NCBI GenBank assembly: GCA_964016885.1
Contig: OZ024741.1
Location: 381,610,001-381,674,000, forward strand
DNA length: 64,000 bases
Reading direction: 5' to 3'
From: Eledone cirrhosa
Lineage: Eukaryota
This document shows positions 1 to 14,010 of this stretch, one piece after another. The notes beneath the pieces are model-generated. The model was not told where the DNA came from. It did no database searches and saw only the letters and a list, made by a program, of their open reading frames with translations. The translations under genes and the position numbers were made by a program. Each line of letters begins with the position of its first letter. Position 1 is the first letter of the stretch.

Positions 1-134
1 CTGTGTCGGGATCGAGCGCCATCTAGGTAGCGTTCACGAAGTTGGTCTCCTTCTTGTCATCGTCATGCCAACTTCCCCGCCAACAACTCGTCTTTGTGTT
101 GGTATCACGTGCGTTTTCGTGAAAAGGCGAAACA

Positions 135-952
135 TTGTATTCAGCCCTGCTCTTTCGGGGCCTCGGAAAATTAAAATTGGAGAGTCTGGGCACGGCAGAG
201 CTCTCCCTAAATAATTCACCTTATCGGGCTTTCTTCATCAGAGATCGAGTCTCAAATAGGTCATTTATGGTGGACACAGGGTCTAGTTGCAGTATTGGGT
301 CTTTACGGTTCAGCTCTACTAAGCCAATTTTTTCCGGCATTTCTTTATATGCAGTGAACCAGGCTCGGATCAAAACCTATGGTCAAATGTCTTTATTGTT
401 GGACATAGTTTTGCGTCGAGATTTTAAATGGATTTTCGTCATTGCGGACCTACCTGTTCCTATTCTCGGTGCCGATTTTTTACACCTTTATTCAATTTTG
501 GTAGATGTCAGGAGACAGAAATTTGTGCATGGTACCACATCTTTATCTACGCCTGCTCGTAGGTCTACTGCCAGTCCCTCATTTTTTATAGCTGCCTCTG
601 GAAACCAATTTCATTCACTTTTTGCCTCGTTTCCCGAGTTAACGGACATCTCATTTAAACCTAATCAGGTAGTCCACTCGACTCGACACTTTATTATTTT
701 CGTGTGCTTTCGCACACACCAAAACATTTCACAGTGGCTGTCAATGGTCGAAAAGAGACAATATACATTGACAGAGGAAAGAGAGTCTTCTGTGAAAGTC
801 TCATTACAATACCTGATACACATCCTACATTCACTCCCACACCAACACCTTCACCTCAACCGCAAACACCACATACCACACAACCTTATGTCACACGAGG
901 TTGCAGTACAGTAAAATGGCCACGTAAATTGTCAAAAACTATATACATTTAA
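135..952 (+). pseudogene. Ty3/Gypsy pol remnant: aspartic protease joined directly to the integrase C-terminus (RT, RNase H and IN core deleted)
   Basis: ORF 135..914 has FMVDTGSSCS and ILGADFL retropepsin motifs. ORF 704..952 has KHFTVAVNGRKETIYIDR, typical of the Gypsy integrase C-terminal tail. Confidence 0.85.
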
Positions 953-1319
953 CCCCTAGTGGCATTAACAAAACTCTTTTCAGTTTCAGATAGAATTAGT
1001 GACAGAACACTATTTGATTCTGAATAAAATTTGAACTTACCAATGAGCATTAATTTTCCTCTGCTCCCTTATGTTAACTTTCAGTTATCAGTTTTGTTAC
1101 ATTTACATTTTTTCCTGTATCATCCTCGTGCAGCAAACACATTTTTTCTTTGTAAAATGCATTCACTTGTTTTGTGCTTTTTTGCTATTTGCTTCGGTTG
1201 CGAGCTTATTTTTTATTCATGCACTTTCTTGTACCTTTGCTTTGCTCCTCTTTCTTGCAGGTTCTCTCTACAATGATCTTAGGTTGGTTATCTCGACTTC
1301 TCGTCTGAGAGTGGAGTCT

Positions 1320-1574
1320 TGTAGCGTTCTCTAGACAAAGGGAAGTAGTTAGAGTTACTTCCCGTAGAATTTCTAGAATATTCCTTGAATTTCCGTTTCG
1401 GGTATTATAAAAGAAAGAGCAAAGGGCAATCTCCCTCTTTTGCCAGCAGGCTCACGAACTGACTAAACCAAGCACAGCTGTGTTAAGTTTTTCTAATCCT
1501 ATCTTGTATTTCAGGATTACACCATATCATGTCACGAGGTACGTTTTGTTACCAAATTGTATACAGGCACTACA
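1320..1574 (+). mobile_element. 3' LTR of the Gypsy element
   Basis: Termini TGTAG...CTACA, purine-rich GAGAGTGGAG immediately upstream (PPT-like), TATTATAAAA near 1403. Confidence 0.7.
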
Positions 1575-1913
1575 ATAAATACAAGTTGTTATTGATATTC
1601 GTTTTGAGATATTTGTCATGCTTCAATTATTACTTCGAATATAGAGAGATCATTCTAACCAAATTAAATTAGTGGTTGGCATGCAGTAGTACTTACTGGA
1701 GTAAATAACCCTATGACCAATTCACTAAAACTTGAAGAGATGCGAAAGTAGGCATTGAGTACTTCCGTTTTGACTTCTCTTTTAATAATATCTAAGTTTA
1801 TATCTTCATAATTTGTATGACAGTCGAGAAATCTAGATTCAACTTACAAACAATTTTTATTGTATATGTATATTATTTGACTCGGGTGATAATGTCTTAT
1901 TATTTCCCTTGAT

Positions 1914-2420
1914 CAAGGGTGTTGGATTGAGAGTACAGGTAGAGTATCGGACAGAATGCTTTGTGGAACGTATTTATGGCTCTTTACGATCTAAGTTAAT
2001 GGAGGCCTCTGGCCTTGCGGTAAGTGTGTTGGACCTATGATCATAATGACGTGATATCGATACTTGGCATGGGTTTGTGTGTCTTGTTCTTGTGCAAAAC
2101 ACGTCATTTCAGACTGATCCAACATACTCAGCTGAAAATGAATACCATAAATAATTGGGGGTTTAACCCTGCGAATGACAGACGTCGAAGCGAAAGACTC
2201 ATACTTTGAGTCACTTCACGCTGCGGAAACTAGAATAAGCACCGGCCTGAGGAGCCTACTGGCTCGAGACAGACTTTAGAGTTCAGATGCTCAAACTCTG
2301 CCGAGGATAGCTTTCATTTCCATCCTTACGTGGTCATTAAAAGGGTCCTTAATATTCATTTAATTGGCATCCCCCTTCTCTTTCTAATTGCTGGCCTTGT
2401 GCCAGAAGTAGAAGTAATTA
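1914..2420 (+). mobile_element. Old tRNA-derived SINE (family A) split by a second SINE at about 2000-2275
   Basis: Head GGGTGTTGGATTGAGAGTACAGGTAGAG, middle GCCGAGG...CATCCTTACG and tail GCTGGCCTTGTGCCAGAAGTAGAA all resemble the family A copies elsewhere in the window; an unrelated tRNA-like sequence lies between them. Confidence 0.55.
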
Positions 2421-2461
2421 TCTCTTTTAACAATTATATATATATATATATATATATATAT

Positions 2462-3398
2462 CACACCTACCCATCCTCGCCACTTTACCATTCCACCGAC
2501 TGCTGCTATGCCCTCTGACCACCTCCCAGTACAAACAGACACACAGCACTCCCACTGCTTGACCACTTGCTGTTGCGCGCGCACCCCACATCTCTCCTCT
2601 TCCGACCATCGCTTCATGGAATACTCGCACGTAGAAATTGACCACCACAGAATCCACTAAACACCATTGGATTTTACCAACTTTTCAACCATCCTCTTAC
2701 GTAATCACCAATATAACTCACCTACACACACACCCCAAAAATATTTTTTTCTCCACACGCCACCTACACCCAAAAAACGCTTAAACACGTGCTTTCCACC
2801 ACATATTTACACCCTCAGCCTCCTGATTCCTCTCCCCCCACCCCTCTATCCACACACGCACAGACACTCCGACCCACAAACCCTCCCCACACACACCTCT
2901 TCCTGAACATGCAACCCCGTTCTTCCCCCAACCCTTACTTTCACATACACACACACACACACACACACACGTACACCTACACACACACAACACTTTCAGC
3001 CCTCCCCGCTCGGACAACCCGTCTCCCTCTCCCCACTCCACCCGCCACCACCCCTACACACCCCACACTCTTCCACCACCTGTTTTACCCCCCTTTTAAT
3101 TTCAGTTTATTTTGATCATGCTTTTATATTTAAATTTATTTCATTCCTTGTATTTTGATCATGCTTTATTTTTATTTTTATTTTTTATTTTTTTCATTCG
3201 CACCGTTTCCTTTCGCTATATGTCTCTCCACCACTCCCCTACACACCCTTTGAACTCTGTTCCCACACACTTCTCACCTGAGGAAGGGCTTGTGCCCGAA
3301 ACGTCGTCCCCCACCAACACCCCACTCTCCAGAGCGTGAAATTAATAAACATTCGTTGTACTGCCTCTCTGTTTTGTTCCTGTTCAAATTTTTCCATT
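2462..3398 (+). mobile_element. Penelope-like element 3' UTR/pLTR remnant
   Basis: Pyrimidine-rich tract, HHR motif at 3278, AATAAA and then (TA)n. The pLTR matches 49600-49790. Confidence 0.55.
3271..3310 (+). ncRNA. Minimal type I hammerhead ribozyme motif
   Basis: CTGAGGA-A-GGGC TTGT GCCC-GAAAC-GTC with palindromic ACGT stem III; helix I is weak. Confidence 0.65.
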
Positions 3399-3494
3399 AT
3401 ATATATATATATATATATATTTCGTTTCTTATTGGCAACATGACCCTCCCAAAGTATAACAATATATATATATATACTTTTACAGATATTCAGC

Positions 3495-3530
<36 letters not shown>

Positions 3531-3547
3531 TATATCATATATATGTG

Positions 3548-3607
<60 letters not shown>

Positions 3608-3721
3608 CGTAGTGTGTGTGTGTGTGCGCGCGCGTGTGTGCGCGCGTGTGTGTGTGTATGTGTGCGTGCGAGTGTGTGTGTGTGTGTGTGTATCTGTGCG
3701 TGCGAGTGTGTGTGTGTGTGT
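3398..3721. repeat. Compound (TA)n/(TG)n/(CG)n microsatellite
   Basis: Visible directly in the sequence. Confidence 0.95.
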
Positions 3722-5409
3722 AAAAGCAATTATTACTGTGAATTTATTAATCGATTCAAACCATAATGACATTGGCAATGCCTGTAATGAATCCCATTAT
3801 ATGGAAGTGATGGAAATAATAATTCCTTGATCAACTTTATAATAACAGAGAATGACAAACGATCATCTGCTGCCTGATCCATTTCCTCTTGCTGGGGAAA
3901 TTAGTAGTTTCGCATAATGGACGTTAACGATTCGGCTAAAAGCTAGAATTAAACTAAATTTTAATTGCCTGAGAACAATATCGTACCAATTTAACTTCCA
4001 CAATTTCATCTCATTGAACATTTTAACGATAATTCCTTGTTCTATTATAAAAAAAATATGATTAAACCAGTCTTTGTGATTAGCACTAGAATAATAACAA
4101 TCGTGGTAATTTAAATAATAACATATAATACCACCATGTTCATGACATGTCGCTAATAAACCCGTTGAAAGAGATATCGATTTTAAAAGTGCTATAGGTT
4201 ACTATTCACTATTTGCCATTGAAGGGTCGTGCCATATAGCCTCATTCAGTTTGATGTTAAACTAATAGGAAGGATAACTATGTTTTCATAACACAATCAA
4301 TGATAAGATATATAGCTTTCTCTTTGATCCAAGCGTCAAGCTGACTAAGATTAAAGCGTTTATAATTATTATGTTGACAAGAAATTCATCCTGGGAATTA
4401 TTGACACACCCACCTAGTTGAATGCTAATAAAATATCCCGTATAGAAATACGTGCTAAAACTAAGTACACCGGCTCAACACTATACTAATAAGAACATGC
4501 AATTCTACGTAGTTTTTTCAGTCCATATCATTCCTCTCTTTGAACAAAGCTGTACTATAAAAGTATATTCAGACATAAAGCATAAACCACTACACAACTT
4601 CACAAACTAACACATCGTATTCTTTCATCACCATTAAAATCAAATAGTTACCGATTATGTAATATATTATACACATACAAATGCTGTGTGGTTCAAAGAA
4701 AGATAATGTAATCATGCAACACATGATTGATTATTCATAATTATCAATAATTATGAGACCTATTGATATTGTAATTAGGCTAATATTTTGTTTTCCTGGA
4801 GACAATTGCGCATGAATATGTCACAACTTGTTTGCATCATAGTACTTCCATTTTATTCCGCTTTCTCATTTGTACATAATATTCTCTTTATTTCTCACAC
4901 AAGCACTAACATACTAACCAATTGTTATCGTATACAATATTTGACCCTATAACTGTTATACTCTTTATAGAAAATACGGATCTGCATCACAGTAGGGTGC
5001 GTACTTTTCATGTGCAAGGGACAGAACAGTTTTTAGACATTAACACATGCTGAATTACATGCAACAAAACATTACCGTACAGTTGATTGGTAAAACTTCC
5101 AGCTTTTAAACATAACAACATGTCGTACGATGTGCATCGTTTCCCTGTTTTATATTTCTGTTCCTGATCCCTCTCCTGTGTACCAAAATATTATGTAAAC
5201 AGATGAGGTTATTACGGCTGATACACATCCTGAAATATTTACATGGCTTGGCGTGGAGGGAACTGGAGGATTATCAAGTAACAATAATTGCAGAAAGGTG
5301 ATGTCTACTTAAGATATATAAAATCAAATTGGCTAACTTCAGTCAGGTGGATATTAGGAATACAAACAACATTTTAAACCGATTACAAAAAGTTACGATT
5401 TCGATACTA

Positions 5410-5647
5410 GTACCAGGAAGTTTCTACAATTCTAATCTTCTCTATGTTCACTCTACAGAGAGCATTTAAGCTAACATAACACACAACAATCTCAACTTGT
5501 ATGAAAATATATTCAAATCCATTTGCATTTTCGCTCGAGTTCTGTGCTAAATAGAATATCTCCGAAATAAAATCCTCATTATATATTTGGAAGTAATATA
5601 GTGACAATGTTTCATGCGTAACTCCCAGATAACCTCATGCGAGATCT
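5410..5647 (-). pseudogene. RNF213: RNF213-like exon remnant (post-RING E3 module)
   Basis: LA*GYLGVTHETLSLYYFQIYNEDFISEIF...ANGFEYIFIQVEIVVCY resembles the recalled RNF213 segments ELYMLFINCLEDSI and IGYLQEVARIRLCL; in-frame TGA; collinear with the other fragments. Confidence 0.4.
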
Positions 5648-6854
5648 ATTTATACAGAGATAGAGAGAATAGATTTTACGTCGACAGTTAAAGTTTCTCA
5701 CTGAAAGAGATGTCGCACGGATATGTATGAGTTAAATTGTTCAGTTTGCTTCAGATATTTTGTGTTGTACAATGTGTTTTTTTTTTATTGGGATTGATTT
5801 TAAGGAAATAAATATATTTTACATGCAGTTTCTAAAGTGTAACTAGATAGCAAACAAAGGGTTAGTGATGACTACATAAAAGAACTCTCGCCCGACAGCA
5901 ACGAAATCAGCCTGAGGTAACGATCGCATGTAACCGGCTAATAATACCTGCTAAATCTCACGACTCTAATCTTCTCTTTAAAAAAGACACACGGTAATGT
6001 ATTTGTGCATTAATCTATGAATAAATGTTAGTCTGGCACTAAACAGCTGTAACAACTCGGCTTAAAAAATAAAATAAACTTCGAGGAATATTTAAAGCAG
6101 CAACTGAAATATATTAAAATGAACCATTAAACAAAAACTGTACACAATGGACACACGAAATGTTTATGAAATATCAAATTTAATGAAGCAAGATATTGAT
6201 TTTCCTATGTTGTTAACATCAAGAAATATTTGATAGAGGAAACAGAGGATCAACTGTTTTCCAACTGTAACCATCCAGTATTTTGTAATTCAACAGTGAT
6301 ATTGTCCAATCTCCACATTCAATTTAGTTACATATGATTTGAGGCAGATTTGACCACTTCATCTAGCTTTACTGTATATATTATATCTCCATTGTTCCAG
6401 AATCCCGAAACATTCCCGTTTGCTTGGTGTCACCTTATTCTTATGGTAAAATGTTAAATAGAATATTTAGTAAGTATTAAGGTGTAAAGATTTTGTGTTA
6501 CCGCTTATACTCACATGTTACCTAGAGTGATAATCCTGTTAAACGCAAAGACAGAAATTAAGTAACTGCTAACATCCAAATTGGATAAAAAAATACGACA
6601 AATAGTTAAGTATAATTAGCAGCAGCAGTTCAATCTTAGCAAAATATATTTGTTGCGTGTTATTTCATTCTTCCGACATAAATAACGATAGTATAAAAGT
6701 ATCTTTAGTTGAGATTCTGTAACTTGTCTGATCTTCCTAAACAGATAACTGATATAAGCTAGAATCATTAGAAAAATATTTTTTTTTTACACGATGAAGT
6801 GGCATTATTGATTTAAGATTCAAATGCATAGCAGCACATCTATTTAAAAATAAT

Positions 6855-7040
6855 TGTTTCTACTTTAGGCACAAGGCCAGCAATTACCCAGTGCATTACT
6901 GGTACTTTATTTTATCGACCCCGTAAGGATGAAAGGCAAAGTCAACCTCGGCGGGATTTGAACTCAGATCGTAAAGGGACGTAACTATGCTGGAAAGCAT
7001 GGCGTCCGACCCTCTACCGATACTGCCAATCTACCGCCCT
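6855..7040 (-). mobile_element. tRNA-derived SINE family A, full length, with 19-bp TSD
   Basis: A box TGGCAGTATCGG and B box GAGTTCAAATCC on the minus strand; ACATCTATTTAAAAATAAT duplicated at 6836-6854 and 7041-7059. Confidence 0.9.
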
Positions 7041-8229
7041 ACATCTATTTAAAAATAATGACATAATTTATCAAATATAGTATGATAAGAGAGTTTGGCT
7101 ATAAAGATATAAAATGAACAGTTCATGGTGTTACGTAGTAGCATGGATTAAATCACAGTCTGTCTATTAGATAATGTTCCTCAAAGATAGGCTACCTCGC
7201 AACAAACAGACTGCGTGTATTCAAAAATGGTTACCGTTTCTAGTCATATATTTGTAAATAGCGATTTCAACTTTAACATCATTAAATGTTGAACATTTTT
7301 CAACGTTAACGACCTATCTAACGTTGGTTCTCGCGAACTTCTTTACCTATATCATACACGTTTCAACAATGCTTCAGTATAACTTAACATTCCAAAAATT
7401 ATTAAGAAAATAGTTTGACCATCAGTAAATATTGAGAAATTTGTCATCGGTAGTAGAATCTGCAGGGTTTTATGATTGAATCTTAGGGGATGGTTCGTCA
7501 CGTACTAATTAAGAACACGCTGCGCGTCAAATTAACGAGTAACTGCTTGGCATTCTATGGACTCGTGACAACTACAATTAATTTTCGACTTGATAAAGCG
7601 TGTGAAAGGATGGAGCATTTGATTCACTGACAGAATTCATTTTGTCCATCTGAGTAAACTGGAAAAAACGGGAAAAGAAGTGTCTTGCTCAAGGAAACGA
7701 ACTCACGAACGAACGTGCATGGCAAGAAAACTCTAACCAGTAAGTCACACTCCTTCACATAAACATACACCTGCATACACTTATAATGAACATTTCTTAA
7801 TAGGATAGACAACCACATACAGGCGAATCAAGAACATGAAAAATCCTGAGCCAGCCGACTTTGAGAGAGCGCCAAATAAGGGCAAGCACCTGTTGTTGAC
7901 GACCTATAAACTACCTATAAACTACTATAAATCATAGTTTAATTAAATCATTGACCCGGTCCCTGTAAGCGCTGCGCACCGGAAACGACATGTTCAGCTT
8001 CCAGAAACTAAGTCCTAAGCTATGTGTCGTATTTAGGTGGACTATGCAGATCACAGTTAAAAGACCTCGCTACTAGAATACGAAGTGTTTGTGTCAGTAA
8101 GTGTTTCTGTGTGTATCTGTGTGTGTGCGCGCGCATGTGTGTGTGTGTGCTTGTTTGTGTCAATGAGTGTCATTTTGGGGGAAGGGTTAATGGGAGAGCT
8201 TTCCTCATTTTCTCCCTGGGTTGGTTTTA

Positions 8230-9050
8230 CTGCAGGTGTTTGTGGGGTGGTGTTCGACAATGTGTCACTGTTGTTGGTAGTGTTGCTAGTGCCGGTGGAG
8301 CTTTCCGTCCTTCATACTCTCGGTATCATCTGCGACCACGCACCCCAGGAGCAGCAATCATAGGTTCTGTCCTGGTGGGATCCTGGAAATACGGAACTTT
8401 GCAGTCCTTCCGCCCAGGTGGGAAGTGTACATCACAATGCGGTCCGTTGTACACCGATTGTTCAATATCAAGCGCCTCAGCCTTGAACACCACTGAGTTG
8501 GTGCTGAACTGCCTAGCCCTTCCATTGCAATCTGTCACCTTTGATGCCTTTCCGGGCAGCTTCGACCTCAATCTGAGTGGCAACTTCTGCTTTGTAGGAC
8601 TGCACTGAAATACATCGATATTGCAAAGTCCTTCTTTGCGTAGCTGCTATTGCTTCGTCTGGGATGTTTAGGTTGGCCCCAAATTTATCTCACTTAATCA
8701 GCCAACACGGCTTGGCCAGTTGCTGCTTCTGGTCCGAAATGTTACTGTATACATATGTTGTTGTCGTTGCTGTTGCAGATATTCACATTCCTCCTATCGT
8801 CCTCATATTTTATTTACGTTGTTGTTGGCATTTTCTGTTGTCGTTGTTGCTGTTGTAGGTGGTGTTTTGTCATTATTGCAGTTGTTGTTGTTTTGTTGTT
8901 GTTGCTGCTGCTATTGTGGTGTCAAGGTTGTTGGTATTGTCATTCTTGGTGCTGTTGTTTACGATACTAATAAATGTGGTGTTAGAGTTCACAATTTTTT
9001 GTGGGAGGGGCAGCGTTATTCATCTCAACGTTCAAGGTATTCTCACGTGA
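8230..9050 (-). mobile_element. Degraded L1/Tx1-type LINE 5' end/ORF1
   Basis: (AAC)n-rich N-terminal tract followed by ORF1-like coding, the same layout as 11930-12930 and 62880-64000. Confidence 0.45.
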
Positions 9051-9263
9051 CAGCTGACTGTACGTTTAGGGGCACGCTCTGTCCTTGCTTTCTCTTTTAG
9101 AAAAATATATTTTCAGGAAAATAATGTTTAAATATTTGGGCCCAAACACAACTATTACAGGGCCACATATGGATGAATAGAATGTAAACACTTGAAAATT
9201 AATAAAGCTTACGGAGCAATACTCACATACGTATTGACAGGCAGAAAAAAACAGAGATAATAG

Positions 9264-9460
9264 TGGTTTCTACGTTTGGCACAAGGCCAGTAATTATCCC
9301 AGTGTATTACTGGTACTTCATTTTATCGACCCCGTAAGGATGAAAGGCGTAGTTAACCTCGGCGGGCTTTGAACTCAGAATGGCAAGGGCCGTAATTCTA
9401 CGCGTCAAAGCAGTGCGTCCGACCCTCTACTGATACTGCCAATCCACCGCCAATCCACCG
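9264..9460 (-). mobile_element. tRNA-derived SINE family A
   Basis: Highly similar to 6855-7040; imperfect TSD GAAAAA(A)CA(G/A)AGATAATA. Confidence 0.9.
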
Positions 9461-9479
9461 AAAAACAAAGATAATAATG

Positions 9480-11050
9480 ATAATAATAAAGATTTGTTTT
9501 ATTGGCAACAAGGACCGACATTTAGGGGACAATACAAGGACACAGAGAGTGTGGGTTTACAACAAGCTCGACGATAAATGCACAATAGCAAAACCTATTT
9601 AACAATGAATAATATAATGTTAACTATGTATAAACATAACAAAATATATTCGCCAATAGCGGGGCGAACCATCTAGTGGGGATTCAGGTACCCCACCAAT
9701 CTTGAACCACCCGACGCTTCTAGGGCCCCCGGGGAGGGCACACCTCTCCTCCTAAAATTAACCAGCTTAGAGGCGTATGGTCCGTGAAGAACTACTAACA
9801 CGGGCCATTCTCGCCGCATGCATCCACATGTTAGCAAATGTACAGGAGGTCAGAACTTCTCTCCCCGCTTCCCCTTCCTTTCCAAGTGAAACTTTAAAAA
9901 GTTGATGAGGGATTGGCCGAATAGAGACGGGTGTGTATTCAGTCCTTTCACCCTGGTGCACCATACAACCTATTTTGCTACCGCCACCAGGCAGAGGAAT
10001 ACTGCCTGCCCTTCCTTGCTAAAAGAAGGCGGTTGGTCGATCTTCACTATGGACTTGGCCGATAGCCGGATCTGTTCTACACGCAACAACAGCTGTTCGA
10101 CATAACCCCACATGTCAGAAATGCACAGACATTGGACGAGTATATGCAGAACCGTTTACACGCTCTGCGTCCATCACGGGCAGGTCCGTCTGACAGCACT
10201 TGACTCACTGTAGAGTTTATACCGAACCGGCGTTCCCTCCGTAGCACTGCCAAGCTAAGGATTTCTGGAAGTTATCCATCGTCCCTAACTTGAAAGTCCT
10301 CCGGAACAGACTGGTCATTTCGAATCCGTGAGTGCTTCACCACTACACCTCTATAGAACTCGGTAGTAAAAGTTCCACTGATGCATTGCCCACCTGATTA
10401 ACGGGCAGCGAGCACCACGTAATATTCCAGATATCAGGCGTCTAGTCTCGGTCTCTTCATAACGGAGGATTGCAGCTCAGTCAAAGAGACGAGCTTCAGA
10501 AAGTCTCGTCACACAAACAGTGACCACTTCTGTTCCACGTTTAGGCACACTATCTGGAGATGCTGCAACCTCAGAGCAGGTTTGCGCATATTAGCCAGCG
10601 CATACCCATCCTTCCACTTAGAGGGTGTTGGCAGCAGTTAGACCACCTCACCAACGGTCACTGTCGCCTCCACAAGATTTTGGCGAGGCACGAAAGGGGT
10701 CAAAGAACGACGTCAGGCAGTTGTAAATGACAGAGTCGATGTACGCGTTCACCTCCCCAATCCGATCTCTTGGACCATTTCTGGGTGAGAATGACTAAAA
10801 TGATCGTGATCTAGTCCCAATTCCTATAGACATCGAGGTCTGGTCCGAACAAAACCCCGAGTAACTTTACCGATATTGGACAGCATGGATTTGGCTCTCC
10901 AGATGCCGTGCTGCAAGCCCACTGAATCTTACAGGTCAAGTTTTGCTGTCGTAAACTTTTACTTTTCCCCCAGGAAGGTGCCTTCCACCTTGATTTCCAA
11001 GGTTTAAATACAGAGAAGGCCCATTCACTCGGGCCAGTTTCACCACATTC
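9480..11050 (-). mobile_element. L1/Tx1-type LINE ORF2 3' part and 3' UTR, degraded
   Basis: KLLGVLFGPDLDVYRNW (RT thumb region), C-terminal zinc-finger remnants, AATAAA and a (TTA)n tail. Confidence 0.75.
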
Positions 11051-11052
11051 AC

Positions 11053-11715
11053 TCACCTTTCAGCGAATTTACTGGGTTGTATCACCTCTCTCTCCACTCT
11101 CACCTTCCTTCTGAAGTGATACTTAAAGAAGGGGATAAGATGTTGTCCGGAGAGAAAGGTATTTGCCCTCAGTCCTTTTAACCTCGTCCACCATATTACC
11201 TTTTTCGCCATAGCCACCAGACAGAGGAAAACCGCCTCTACTTCGTTCTTAAATGAAGGCGGCGGGGTTTTCCACACGATGGACTCGGCCTACAACTGGA
11301 TGCGTCCCACACGTGACTGCAGCTGTTCGACATAATTCCACAGGTTGGTCACCCCCTGGGCACTGAACAATTGCATGCAGAACGGTTTCGATGTCCTGCT
11401 CGCATCTTGGACAGGTCCTTTCGGCAGGATCTCTGACGGCGTCCGTGCCTCTAGATTTTGTCTCGAACTGGTAGAGATCCTCGGCAGCACTGCCAGGCCA
11501 GAGACCTCTGGAAGTTATCCATAGGCCCTGGACGGAAAGTCCTCCCGAACAGTTGGTCAGTTCGACCTCCTCGATGCCTAGAGTTTCCGCGAGAACGTCG
11601 TCGCACTTATCCTCCATTAATCCCCTATAGCATGTCGAAGTGGAGTCTCCGCTGATTGCCGTTTCCGCTTGGCAGATACTGTGAGCGCTTGTAGGCATTC
11701 GAGGTGCCAGGCGTG
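11053..11715 (-). mobile_element. Second L1/Tx1-type LINE ORF2 C-terminal fragment
   Basis: CPRCEQDIETVLHAIVQCP (zf-RVT CCHC) and AMAKKVIWWTR; paralogous to 9760-10500. Confidence 0.8.
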
Positions 11716-11875
<160 letters not shown>

Positions 11876-11929
11876 GGATAGAGGGAGGGGGGGAAGAGAT
11901 ATCTCCTTTGGGAAATCCCCTGGGTGGTT

Positions 11930-12930
11930 TTGAAGATGTCTGATTTTGCTCTTGTTCCTGTTGTTGGTGGTACTTCTGCTACTTGTTTTGCTGATGTTGG
12001 TGTTGCTGTTGGTGTTGCTGTTGCTGGTGCAGTTGCTGCTGACGTTAATGTTGATGCCGCTGTTGTTGCTCACTAATGGTGTTGTTGTTTTTGACGTTGG
12101 GGCTCTAGAGTTGGCAGGAAGATGTTTCTGTTGTTCCCTGCCACCTGTTAAATGCAGAAATCTCTAAAGTGTTTACTCTCCCTACACGGATGTGAACAAG
12201 GTATATTTCCCTCAAATAAGTCATGTAAATCCACTCATCTCAGAAGGCAGATGATGTGTGGGAGGGATGTTATCCATTTTGTCTCTGTTAATCTGGAGGA
12301 GTCTCTCCAAACAGTTTCCGACAATTGTCCTATGTGTGTTCGATTTATCACTAGCGGGATACCATTACCGTCTAGGACGACGCAGATATTCACTTCTGCT
12401 GAAATCTCGGAAATTCTGACCCTTACTAGTTTACTCACAAAATATGTAAAGACAAAAGTATATTGTAATTTCGACATGATACGATAGAGCCTGGTTCTAG
12501 CTTTGTGCTCTATGTCGGGCATTATCTCTTTCGGTGCTCTTTCTGCTTCGCCTTGAGACACTGGCTCTCGCCGCCTCGTCTTTAGAGACAGGCATTTACC
12601 TCCCAAACCTTTTTCTTTCGATGAGCGAAATAGTTTCGTGTAGGTCGCTACGTTAGCCCATACGTTTTCTAATTTGATTAATGTGGTCGCTTGGTCCAAA
12701 TACGAACCCTTATCTAAATTGTTTGTATTGAAATTTTCCGTTGGTTTGACAGCCATAGGTGCAAATGTAATATTGTTATTGTTGCTAGTGTTATTGTTGC
12801 TGCTCATATTGCCATTGGTGTTGTCTTTGATGTTTATGGTATCATTGTTAGCGTCATTGCTTTGTGATGGTGCAGTTGCTTTTGTTGTTTTTACTGCTGC
12901 TGTTTTTCTTACCGCAGACGACTGAGGATT
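11930..12930 (-). mobile_element. L1/Tx1-type LINE ORF1 remnant
   Basis: ORF 12235..12807 is ORF1-like (LVRVRISEISAEV); degenerate Cys/His knuckle near 12150-12200; Asn/Thr-rich (AAC)n tracts. Confidence 0.6.
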
Positions 12931-14010
12931 ACCCTCAGTAGCGCTAGACTGGCGTGTTAGAGACGCACGAGTTCAGCCATGCTGGGGCCGAGTTGGTGGT
13001 GATAACAATCTACCATCAAGGCCGGACATCTCATCCAAAGATGTTCAGAGGATTCTTCTTCCTTTCCACACAGACGGCATTTGTTTATTTCCGCTTGGCC
13101 GATCATATGGAGCCATCTCCTTAATGACGTGTGATGTCCACTGCGGAAGCGGACGAGATGGTTCCTATCTGCTTTGGAGAGAGTTTTCTCACTCTCTTTA
13201 TTTGGGTGGGGGCTAAAGACAGACTGTAGGCGTTGATGCTGAATCGGTGGTGGGCGAAATTTCCGGCGAAGGACGGCGCGTCGGGTGGCGGCATCGATTG
13301 AACTTTCCAGTTGAGTAGATGCTGAGCCTTGTTTCGCCTGGGCGTCCCCCAGTTCATTCCCTTTGATGTTGCAGTGTCCAGGGACCCAGACAGCTTCTAA
13401 GGTTCTCCCTTTTGTGATTTTGTTAGCGATCCCTTGCAGCTCGGTAATGAAAGGGTCATGGAGGAAGGGGTTGTTGACTGCTTGAACCAGCGTCTTGCAG
13501 TCAAAGATGACATTGGAGGACTCCCAGCTGGTGTCTGCCTGTAACCATAGGAGGGCTTGTTTGAATGTAATTCTTTCGGAATGAAAGGAACTGCTACGAG
13601 CGCCCGTTGCAGCGTGCCACTCGTGAACTACTTCTTCATTTTGTATGATTACAAGACCGGCACCGCATTTGGTTGTACCGGCGCAAGTTGATCCATTGCC
13701 GCTTTAAGTTGTAGTGCTAGTGGCATAGATTTGCACACCGGGTAAAGGTAGCAGGGATTGGTGGTGGTAATTCCCACGGCGGATTCTTATGTGGTAATTG
13801 GGTGTCTATTGTCGATGGTATGCCAAGACGATCAAGGGCTGGCAGCTGTCTACATCGCCAATCAAGACGGCCGAGTTGGCGTCTTACGTTAGCATTGAGT
13901 AATTGGTTTCAATGATCGGAGGTGGGGAGGTGTGCCCATTCATCCGCTTTCAAGAGGAAGAGAGCATGAAAGCGGCATTCCAACGGTGGAAGGTGTGCTT
14001 CAATTAGGAC
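12930..14010 (-). mobile_element. RNase H-containing LINE 3' fragment (I/Ingi-like)
   Basis: Minus-strand translation GSTCAGTTKCGAGLVI...SSSFHSE...VIFDCKTLVQAV matches RNase H motifs (DGS...GAG...AE...DC). Confidence 0.75.

Noticed and set aside
6855-7040. tRNA genes at A/B-box sites
   Set aside because: No cloverleaf; multi-copy SINE heads with TSDs.
8664-9100. Hydrophobic, membrane-protein-like ORFs (also 11946, 12674, 63233)
   Set aside because: Antisense readings of (AAC)n tracts in LINE ORF1 regions.
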